64,000 nucleotides of DNA from an uncultured Alphaproteobacteria bacterium (GTDB lineage Bacteria; Pseudomonadota; Alphaproteobacteria; Rhizobiales; Rhizobiaceae): the NCBI GenBank assembly GCA_963699855.1, contig CAVOVL010000006.1:68606-132605 (forward strand), in the 5' to 3' direction. Below are positions 54,969-63,196 of the stretch, in pieces. Each line of letters starts with the position of its first letter. The stretch's first letter is position 1. The notes beneath the pieces are model-generated. The model worked only from the letters and a program-made list of their open reading frames with translations, had not been told where the DNA came from and ran no database searches. The translations under genes were made by a program, and so were the position numbers.

Positions 54969-56171
54969 GCGGTTCCGGCACTCGCCAGTTCGCGGTTTGC
55001 GGCGGTCAGATCCGTCGGCTCTTCTTCCAGCCGCGTGACCGGCAGGATCGCCCGGATATGGTCGTGATGCGACCGCAAGCCGTATTCGAGATCCGACAGG
55101 TAGAAGCCCGGGAAGAACTTCGACGCCATCGATTCGTTCGACCAGATCGTAAGCTGCACGTCCTCTTCCGTGGTTTCGCGATCGATGCGCATGGCAAGAT
55201 AACGCGCCAGCCGCTGCTCGCGCGTTTCCTGGCGGTAGCGGTATGTCGCGCCGCGCAGGATCGTCTTGCCGACCGAGAGCGGAAACTCCTGGTAGAACTG
55301 CATGGTCTCCGGCGTCACGGCGATCACCGTGTTCGGGAACAAGCCGTAGTAGATCCAGGCGCGCCGCAATTCCTTCGGCAAGTGCGCGGGTGGCGTTGTC
55401 AGCTTGACATAGTGGCGCACGCTCCACCGGCGGCCGCCCGTTTCCGTCACGTCCGCGAAGGAACGGCAGACCCCGCCGACAAACGGTTCGTCGAAATAGG
55501 TGCGGCCGTAAAGATCCTGCAAGGCGGGATGCGCCAGCGCCACATGGTAGCCTTCGTTGTCGACGTCGCGCACGGACTTCCAGTTGACCGGCGAAATCTG
55601 CGACCAACTGCGCCCGGACGGGATCATGTCGGGCATCTTGTAGTGCGCGATTTCCGCGGCAAAGGGCTGCATCAGCTCGGCGACCGAAGGCTGCGGCCCC
55701 GGAAGGAAGCGGACGAAGACCAGGCCGTTCCAGATTTCCATTTCCACAGGCTTCAGGCCGAACTTCTCCCGGTCGAGGCGCGGGAAGGTTTCAGGCCGCG
55801 CCGCGCCGCGCAACTTGCCGTCAAGCTGGTAGACCCAGCCGTGGAACGGGCAAACGATGGCGCCTTTGCAAACTCCGCTCTTGGGCAGAGACGACGCGCG
55901 AACCGCGATGGCGGCAAATGTTCAGGAATGCACGCACTTCGCCATCGTCGCCGCGGATGACGAGAACGCGTTCGCCGACGATGTCGAGCGTAACGAATGC
56001 GCCGTGCTCGGTGAGATCGCTGACATGGCAAACAAGCTGCCAGTGCCGGCGGAACAACTCTTCCTTTTCCAGTTCGAGCAGGGTTTCGCTATGGTAGCAC
56101 CATGCGGGCAGGCCGCGACGGTCCCAATTGGCAGGGATCGATATGTCCCGGTTCGAAAGCGGTGATTGCAT
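54965..56171 (-). pseudogene. Rieske [2Fe-2S] non-haem iron oxygenase alpha subunit (GbcA/Stc2/CntA-like N-demethylase candidate), one apparent frameshift near 55840
   Basis: N-terminus MQSPLSNRD... with the Rieske motif CRHRGSRV in ORF 55821-56294. The catalytic domain lies in ORF 54965-55813. RBS GGAGAGGAAAGGG before ATG 56171. Confidence 0.7.
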
Positions 56172-56578
56172 CGCGGCAGGCCCTTTCCTCTCCTCGAAAC
56201 TTGCTGAACGTTCATTCAATAGTACGACAGTTGCCGCGATTTGGGAAGGATGTAGACGCCGCTTTGCAGGGGTAAAGCGGAGGGGGCGCCGCAAAGAAGG
56301 CGCAACGCGGGCGAGTTAGAACAAGCAGGCAAGCCGTTCCAGCGGGGATTGGCAGTCACGTGAAAAGTGCTGGGCGCTGTTGGCGAAAGTTGCTTGCCCC
56401 ACGCCGTTTGCGCTATCGGGCAACCGCTCCACGAAAGCTGGCGGCCTCGCCCGCCGGCCTGACGGCGACTGAACCGTCCCGATTGGCCGAACTCTTGCTT
56501 GTCGTGAACATGCGGGCCGATTTCGCCCCCGCGCGATGCCATTGCCGGCAATGTGCCCAAAAAACAGGCTGAGATTGA

Positions 56579-58324
56579 ATGTCCGTAAACCCGAGAGCCA
56601 GATCGTTTCAAGCATGGCGGGCAATGTCGCCCGTCGAGGCTGTCGAAACCGCCTACGCCACGATCGCCTTGCATGGCGACGATGCAATTTTCATAACACT
56701 GCGCGATCGTGAAGATGCGCTCATGGCTGCGCGCAAGCTCCAAGGGGAGGGCGCTGCGGGCAAGTCGCTTTTCGGCCTGCCTTTCGCGGTCAAGGACAAT
56801 ATCGATGTTGCCGGTATGCCGACGACGGCCGCGTGCCCGCAATTTGCCTACACGCCGGAAGTTTCGGCGCACGTGGTGGCATTGCTGGAAAAGGCCGGTG
56901 CGATCGTCATCGGCAAGACCAATCTCGACCAGTTTGCCACCGGCCTTGTCGGCGTGCGCTCGCCCTATGGCGTTCCGAAGAACACGCTGAGTCCGGACTT
57001 GGTGCCAGGCGGCTCCAGTTCCGGATCGGCAGTTGCCGTGGGTGCCGGTATCGCAGCGTTTTCGCTCGGCACTGACACGGCAGGCTCGGGGCGCGTGCCG
57101 GCAGCGCTGAACGGAATTGCCGGCCTGAAACCCAGCCTTGGCCTGCTTTCGGCAACGGGCGTGGTTCCAGCCTGCCGCACGCTCGACACCATATCTGTTT
57201 TCGCCTCGAACGCCGCCGATGCCGCAGAAGTCGCGGCAGCAGCTTCCGGTTTCGACGCCGCCGATTTCATGTCCCGTAGATTGCCGCCAGCGGGCATTGC
57301 AGCCGTGCCGCCAGTGTTCCGTATCGGTGTTCCTCGCAAGGTCGACCGGCAGTTCTTTGGAGATGCCATCGCCGAAAATGCATATGAGGCGGATCTGGAA
57401 CGGCTGGCCGCGTCGGGTGGCGACATCCGCGAGATCGACTTCACGCCGTTCTACGATGTGGCGCGCCTCCTGTACGAGGGTCCATGGGTGGCGGAGCGCT
57501 ATCATGCCGTGCGAGGCATCATCGAACAAAACCCGGATGCAATTCACCCGGTCACGCGCGCGATCATTTCCGGCGCATCGAAGTTCAACGCGGTAGATGC
57601 ATTCGACGCAATGTACCGGCTGGCCGCGCTGCGCCGTGCCGTCGAGCCGGTTTTGAACTCGATAGACGTGCTGGCGGTGCCGTCGATCCCGACCGTCTAT
57701 ACTGTCGCCGAAGTTCTGGCCGATCCGGTGCGGCTAAATTCGAACCTCGGGACATACACAAATTTCGTCAACCTGCTCGACCTTGCGGCTTTCTCGGTTC
57801 CCGCTGGCTTGCGCGAAGACGGTCTGCCGTCATCCCTTACGCTGATCGGCAAGGCCGGGTCCGACGCACTGCTCGCGGGCCTTGCAAGCCTCGTCGAAAC
57901 CGGGATCGCTACTCCCGCGACAATACCGGCCCAGGAGATACGGCTCGCGGTCGTTGGTGCGCATTTGTCGGGAATGCCGCTCAACCATGAACTCACCAGC
58001 CGAAACGCAAGTTTCATCGAAGCGACGTCAACGACGTCCGACTATCGCCTGTATGCCTTGGCGGGAACCGTGCCGCCCAAACCGGGTCTGTTGCGTGTTG
58101 AAGACGGAACCGGCGCGGAAATCGCGTTGGAAGTCTGGTCTATGTCGCGGGAAGCCTATGGCAGTTTCGTTGCCGGAATACCGGCGCCGCTGGGCATCGG
58201 CACATTGCGCCTGAAGGGCGGAGCAGCAGTCCAGGGCTTTCTCGTCGAGGCGCAAGCCATCCGTGGAGCGCAAGACATTTCGGCCTATAAGTCCTGGCGA
58301 GTCTTTGTCTCGGCATCTGCCTGA
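56579..58324 (+). CDS. atzF: allophanate hydrolase (amidase-signature domain + C-terminal allophanate hydrolase domain)
   Basis: Intact 581 aa. FAVKDNIDVAGMPTTAACP, GGSSSGSAVAVG, and a C-terminal about 120-aa domain typical of AtzF/DUR1,2-type allophanate hydrolases. Confidence 0.8.
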   Translation: MSVNPRARSFQAWRAMSPVEAVETAYATIALHGDDAIFITLRDREDALMAARKLQGEGAAGKSLFGLPFAVKDNIDVAGMPTTAACPQFAYTPEVSAHVVALLEKAGAIVIGKTNLDQFATGLVGVRSPYGVPKNTLSPDLVPGGSSSGSAVAVGAGIAAFSLGTDTAGSGRVPAALNGIAGLKPSLGLLSATGVVPACRTLDTISVFASNAADAAEVAAAASGFDAADFMSRRLPPAGIAAVPPVFRIGVPRKVDRQFFGDAIAENAYEADLERLAASGGDIREIDFTPFYDVARLLYEGPWVAERYHAVRGIIEQNPDAIHPVTRAIISGASKFNAVDAFDAMYRLAALRRAVEPVLNSIDVLAVPSIPTVYTVAEVLADPVRLNSNLGTYTNFVNLLDLAAFSVPAGLREDGLPSSLTLIGKAGSDALLAGLASLVETGIATPATIPAQEIRLAVVGAHLSGMPLNHELTSRNASFIEATSTTSDYRLYALAGTVPPKPGLLRVEDGTGAEIALEVWSMSREAYGSFVAGIPAPLGIGTLRLKGGAAVQGFLVEAQAIRGAQDISAYKSWRVFVSASA

Positions 58325-58959
58325 AGCATTCCGGAGACGTGCTGCCAAGCATCTTCCACGCGCCCGATATGGGCAAGCATGGCCGATTGGGCAACGGTTC
58401 GCTCACCGCGCAGTATCGCTTCGACGATCATGCCGTGCTCGCAATGCGATGATGCTATGCGCCCCATCGCGGCAAATTGCGCCCGCCGGAACGCCTGCAG
58501 GCGCAGACGCGTGTTGGTCGTGATCTCAGCCAGATAGGCATTCTTCGTACCCTCGTAGATGGCCGAATGAAAAGCCTCGTTGGCAATGGCGTAGCCTTCC
58601 GCGTCGCCGGCGCGCACCATCGCGCCCATCCGCTCATGCATCTGTTCCAGGCGGCTGCGCTCGGCCGGGCTCATCTTCACCGCGCTCAGTCCGGCGCACA
58701 GCATTTCCAGATGCGCCATCACTGCGAACATTCCCACTAGCATTTCCGGATCGGGCTTGCTGACGGTAGTCTTTCTATGGGCGCGATGCTCGACCAGACC
58801 AAGTGTCGCCAGCTTTCGCAGCGCCTCACGTACCGGCGTGCGCGAGACGGAAAACTCTGCGGCGAGTTGTGTCTCGTCCAGGACGCTTCCCGGTTCTATC
58901 CGGCGGGTTACGATCCGGCGCGCCAGTTCATGGCGTATGGCTTCAGCGGAGGTTAGCAT
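58285..58959 (-). CDS. GntR family transcriptional regulator (FadR/FCD C-terminal domain)
   Basis: N-terminal wHTH ...ETQLAAEFSVSRTPVREALRKLATLGLV. Intact 224 aa. The 3' end overlaps atzF by about 40 bp (convergent). Confidence 0.75.
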   Translation of the reverse strand: MLTSAEAIRHELARRIVTRRIEPGSVLDETQLAAEFSVSRTPVREALRKLATLGLVEHRAHRKTTVSKPDPEMLVGMFAVMAHLEMLCAGLSAVKMSPAERSRLEQMHERMGAMVRAGDAEGYAIANEAFHSAIYEGTKNAYLAEITTNTRLRLQAFRRAQFAAMGRIASSHCEHGMIVEAILRGERTVAQSAMLAHIGRVEDAWQHVSGMLQADAETKTRQDL

Positions 58960-58981
58960 CAGGTTTCAATAGCAAGGGCGC

Positions 58982-59392
58982 CTATGGCGCGCCAGCGTCT
59001 GGCGCCTCGATGATGCTCACATGTGCGGCCACCACCTTCCAGCCGGCCTCCATGCGCACCCAGGTCTGCATCTGCCGGCCCACCTTTCCCGGTGTATTGT
59101 CGCGGTGAAACAGCGTCGATGCCGTAGCGAAATCGGAACCGAAAGTGGTGATCACGGTCCTGGACAAATCCCGCGCCAACCCCGCCAATGGCCGCGCCTT
59201 TCGAAAGGCGAGGATCTCGCCGATCCCGTAAAGATTCTCGCCGATGCCGTATCGCACTACGCGCTCGTCCTGCCAGAACAATTCGTCGAGAACGGCAATA
59301 TCGTTTGCGACCAGCGCCTTTTCGTAGCGCTCGAACACGGCACATACCTCGGCATGAACAACCGGATCGTTGACGACCATGTCAGCCTTCAC
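58982..59392 (-). CDS. NTF2-like/SnoaL-like small protein (DUF3225/DUF4440-like; AtzH-like candidate)
   Basis: 136-aa ORF, MKADMVVNDPVVHAEVCAVFERYEKALVANDIAVLDELFWQDERVVRYG.... NTF2-like fold inferred. Sits between atzE-like and atzF. Confidence 0.5.
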   Translation of the reverse strand: MKADMVVNDPVVHAEVCAVFERYEKALVANDIAVLDELFWQDERVVRYGIGENLYGIGEILAFRKARPLAGLARDLSRTVITTFGSDFATASTLFHRDNTPGKVGRQMQTWVRMEAGWKVVAAHVSIIEAPDAGAP

Positions 59393-60161
59393 CGCGTTGC
59401 AGCATCCGTTCGCGCAATGCTTTCAGGAACGGAATACTTTCGTACTGGTCCTGCTGCACGTATTCCCACGCGACCCCGCGTGGGCGCGGCGCGGTGTTTC
59501 CGGTGACGATCAGTTCTTCTTCTGTTGCAATGAAATCCAGCGGCGAGTCGTGCTTCATCATGAACACGCGGGAATTGTCGACGATTTGCGAAGAGTGGAC
59601 TGTCGTCGCGATGGGGGTTCCATCGGTGATGATGCCGAGTTCACGGAATATGCCGGTTTCAAGGTCGGCAAAGCCCGCGCCCTTGCCGGTGCGGCCACTC
59701 TCGCGGCTCACCGCGACCGAGCCGACAACGCAAAAATCGAGCGGCTCGACTTCCTCGAACTCGATCCGTTCGCCATGCGTCATGTATCCCTCCGATGTTG
59801 CCGCCAGTTCAAAGGAGATGCCGTTTGCCTTCAGCCGCTCCGGGTCGATGCGCAGATACGGAAAGTCCTTCGTGAGGTAGGGCACGGGCGCATAGAGCAC
59901 TTTGCCTTCGTAAAGCGCGCGGAGGCGTAACGGAATTTGCGGCGGATCGGGATTGCACTTCACCGTGCGCGCGCGCTTCCACGCCTTGGTCTGCGCAAGA
60001 CGCCAGGCAGCCATGTCGGCGCCGATGAAGTTGGGAATGTGGCTCCAGACCGGCCCCAGCGCCATGCCGCCATTTTCCAGCGCACCCCAGACCGCATCGC
60101 GGACATTGTCCTTGTCGTTGTTTCGCCCCGCCCAGCGGCCCTTGGGTTCCATGTCATGCAT
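59382..60161 (-). CDS. 5-formyltetrahydrofolate cyclo-ligase-like (5-FCL family) domain protein, encoded in-frame downstream of the AtzE-like amidase C-terminus with no intervening stop
   Basis: C-terminal about 260 aa of ORF 59382-60980: ...LYAPVPYLTKDFPYLRIDPERL...GRTGKGAGFADLETGIFRELG.... Possible starts MHDMEPKG at about 60161 or 60152. Confidence 0.45.
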   Translation of the reverse strand: MHDMEPKGRWAGRNNDKDNVRDAVWGALENGGMALGPVWSHIPNFIGADMAAWRLAQTKAWKRARTVKCNPDPPQIPLRLRALYEGKVLYAPVPYLTKDFPYLRIDPERLKANGISFELAATSEGYMTHGERIEFEEVEPLDFCVVGSVAVSRESGRTGKGAGFADLETGIFRELGIITDGTPIATTVHSSQIVDNSRVFMMKHDSPLDFIATEEELIVTGNTAPRPRGVAWEYVQQDQYESIPFLKALRERMLQRGEG

Positions 60162-60190
60162 CCTTTGCGATCGGAGCGCGAACCACGCCG

Positions 60191-61557
60191 GCTGCTCAAG
60201 CTGATGGGCGATGCGAAGGGCGATGTCCTCGCGCCATGGGGCTGCGATGATCTGGACGCCGATCGGCAATTGCTCGCCTTCGGTCCAGACCGGAACGCTG
60301 ACCACCGGAAGTCCGATGAACGAAACAGGCTGAGTGAAGAGACCAAGGTTGGGCCGCACCGGCATTTCCACGCCGTCGATCGTCATCAGCCTTTGGCCGA
60401 TACGGGGCGCGCGGCAAGGCGTTGCCGGCGCGATCAGGGCGTCAACATTCTTGAAAATATCGAGCATCTGCGCGCGAAAGGCGCGGCGCAGTTTCTGTGC
60501 CTTCGCCACCCACGCCCCGGGGACCATGGCGCCGGCGATCAGCCGGTCGCGTACGTCCGGGTCGAAATCGGCATGGCGCGAACGCAGGCGTTCCAAGTGC
60601 AGCGATGCACCCTCGGACATGGTGATGAGATAGGCTGCCCCGCGCGCGGCCTTCGCGTCGATTGCGACCGTGCCGTACGCATCGAGCGCCGCCGCAATGC
60701 GGTCGACCGCATCGAACGCCTCCGCATGGCCGCCGGTCGAGAAATAGCCGCCGGCTCTCGCGATCCGTAGTCCGGCGATGCCGGTCTTCAAATGCGGCGT
60801 TACTGGCTCGAATGGCTCCTGCGAGCATGTCGGGTCGGCCTCGTCCACGCCGGTCATCGCGTCGAGGGAAAGTGCGAGGTCTTCCGTGCTGCGTGCAAAC
60901 GGGCCGAGATGATCGAGGCTGTCGACAAATGGAAACGTGCCGGTTCGGGGCAGCCGTCCATAGGTCGGTTTAGAGTCCAAAAATTCCGCAAAGCGAGGAA
61001 GGCACCCGGATAGACCCGTTGGTGTCGGACCCCAGCGCCAGTGGGACCATCCCCGCGCCTACGGCCGTTCCGCATCCGCCGGAGGAGCCGCCGGACATGT
61101 GATGTGTGGAGTGCGGGTTTCGCGACGGCCCGTAATGTATGTTATCGCCCGTGAAATCATAGGCATACTCGCCCATGTTCAACGCGCCTGTGAGGATTGC
61201 TCCTGCTCTCTCCATTCGGGCGACGAGCGTTGCGTCCGCCGATGCGGGGCTGTTGTCGCGGTTGATTTTCGAGCCGGCAAGAGTGACGAGGCCTTCAATG
61301 TCGAAAAGGTTCTTCGCCGCGAAGGGCACGCCGGCCAGCGGGCCGGGGTCTTTGCCAGCGGCAACCAGGGCATCCACTTCGGCGGCCCTCGCCGTCGCGG
61401 CGCGTTCCGCCGTGACCGCCGTGAATGCGTTGAGCCTTGGGTCAATCCTGGCGATCCGCTCAAGGGTCTGCAATGTCACATCGGATGCGCTGAACTTGCG
61501 GCCTCGAACGCCTGCTGCTCGAATCTCAGCCGCTGTGAAGGATGCCAGACCGGTCAT
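60191..61557 (-). pseudogene. atzE: amidase-signature amidase, AtzE (1-carboxybiuret hydrolase)-like, about 457 aa, one apparent frameshift near 60975
   Basis: N-terminus [28 protein letters not shown]...[14 protein letters not shown]...SLCGIFGL in ORF 60970-61749 (ATG 61557). The C-terminal 263 aa are the first part of ORF 59382-60980. Confidence 0.6.
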
Positions 61558-61742
61558 GGATGGTAGACCGGCGCCTGTTCGGCCTCGTCTTCGAGATCGA
61601 CACCCAGCACATCCTGCGCGATACGGTGGGCTGCGGAGAGGTGAGCGGCAACCCCTGGCCTGTATTCGGCGGGTATTTTGAGATCCACGAATGGAGCCAT
61701 CGCATCGATCAATTGTTCTGGATCGAAAGGCTCGCTGCTCAT
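61554..61742 (-). CDS. atzG: small AtzG-like protein (DUF4089, GatC-like partner of AtzE), 62 aa
   Basis: [62 protein letters not shown] from the internal ATG 61742 of ORF 61554-61886. Directly upstream of, and overlapping, the amidase start. Confidence 0.5.
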   Translation of the reverse strand: MSSEPFDPEQLIDAMAPFVDLKIPAEYRPGVAAHLSAAHRIAQDVLGVDLEDEAEQAPVYHP

Positions 61743-62417
61743 TTGGCATCCCCCGCCAATGCTGCCTTCAAGGCGGAAAGCGCCGCCGCCCAACCGACGA
61801 TACCGCCCTGCGCCGTGATCATTCTGATCGTATACGCCTTGAACTCCGGGAAATAGCTCTCCGTGGCGTCTGTGACCAGCAGGCATTCATAGCCGCGGTC
61901 ATTGGCCTCGCGCATCGATGTCTGCGACGCAGACTTCCGTCGTGACACCGGCAAAGACCAGGTGGGTGATGCCGGCGGATTGCAATTTCTCGTGCAGTCC
62001 GGTGGCAAAGAACATGCCCTTGCCGGGCTTGTCCACGACCATCTCGCCAGGCAGTGGCGCAAGGTCGGCGACGATCTGGTTTCCCGGTTCGCCCGCGACG
62101 AGGAGCCTGCCCATTGGACCCTCTTCGCCGATGCGCGGAGATGCATTGCCGCGCGCGATCTTGGATGGCGGACAATCAGACAGGTCCGGTCGGTGTGCCT
62201 CACGGGTGTGGATGACCGGCCAATCCCGTGTCCTGAAAAGTGACAGAAGCTCGCCCACCACGGGCACGATCGCCGTCAGGCGCGAAACGTCGTTGCCGAG
62301 CGCCGCGCCGAAGCCGCCCGGTTCGACGAAGTCGCGCTGCATGTCGATAACGACCAGCGCCGTGGCATCTTCGGGCATCGTGAACGGGTAGGGTTCGGCA
62401 GCTACCGTGATCATCAA
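61739..62417 (-). pseudogene. isochorismatase-family cysteine hydrolase (BiuH/RutB-like biuret hydrolase candidate), copy 1, one apparent frameshift near 62200
   Basis: N-terminus [30 protein letters not shown]...[14 protein letters not shown] in ORF 61899-62417. The C-terminus ...[20 protein letters not shown]... lies in ORF 61739-62203. Confidence 0.65.
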
Positions 62418-62557
62418 TGTCCCGCCATGTGTTTGCCGATGGTGTTGCGGTCCGCCTCCGCTACCGGTGCGACATAGGTGATGCTGCCGCCAGACATGAC
62501 AGCGACCCGGTCGGACAGTTCAAGGATCTCGTCCAGATCCTCCGATATCAGCAGCAC
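62414..62557 (-). pseudogene. remnant: C-terminal about 47 aa of a CUT2/BMP-type sugar ABC transporter ATP-binding protein
   Basis: [48 protein letters not shown]-stop. No upstream ATPase body. The frame joins the isochorismatase copy 2 sequence at ...ECLLLEDCCGAT. Confidence 0.45.
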
Positions 62558-63188
62558 CGCCGCGGATTGTGCTGGAAGGTCTGCGCGTCGCGCCGCAGCA
62601 ATCCTCCAGCAACAGGCACTCGAAGCCGCGGTCGTTTGCCTCGCGCATGGTGGTGTGGACGCAGACATCGGTGGTGATGCCGGCCAGGACGAGGTTGCGC
62701 ACGCCGAGTGTATGCAGGAGCATTTCAAGATCGGTGGCGCAGAACGATCCCTTGCCCGGTTTGTCGATCACCGGTTCGCCGGGGAGGGGGAGAGTTCCGG
62801 AATGATTTCCCAGCCCGGTTCGCCGCGCACGAGGATTTGTCCGCACGGCCCCGTATCGCCAATTCCCGGCGCCGATCTGCTGCGAACGCCAGCGTTTGTT
62901 GGCAGGCAGGTCCGAAAGGTCGGGCCTGTGTCCCTCGCGGGTATGGATGATTTGGAACCCGAGGCCCCGCATCGCCGCCAGCACGGATCTTGTCGGCGCA
63001 ATCGGCGCGCGGGTCAGCGATATGTCGTAACCCATGCTGTCGACATAGCCGCCCTTGCCGCAGAAATCCGTCTGCATGTCGATGATGACGAGCGCGGTGT
63101 TGCGTGCCCGCAGATCGCCGTCGAACGGCCAGGCATAGGGTTCCGCATTCACCGGACCGGCTCTTGTCTCCCGTGCGAAAGCGTTCAT
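62520..63188 (-). pseudogene. isochorismatase-family cysteine hydrolase (BiuH-like), copy 2, internal compensating frameshifts and a disrupted C-terminus
   Basis: MNAFARETRAGPVNAEPYAWPFDGDLRARNTALVIIDMQTDF...[16 protein letters not shown]...[27 protein letters not shown]. The middle segment [26 protein letters not shown] lies in another frame (ORF 62768-63001). Confidence 0.6.
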
Positions 63189-63196
63189 CGAGGCTC

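Noticed and set aside
58285-58324. 40-bp convergent overlap of atzF and the gntR 3' ends as a regulatory feature
   Set aside because: More likely reflects uncertainty in one of the stop positions, possibly an indel near a gene end, than a functional antisense overlap.
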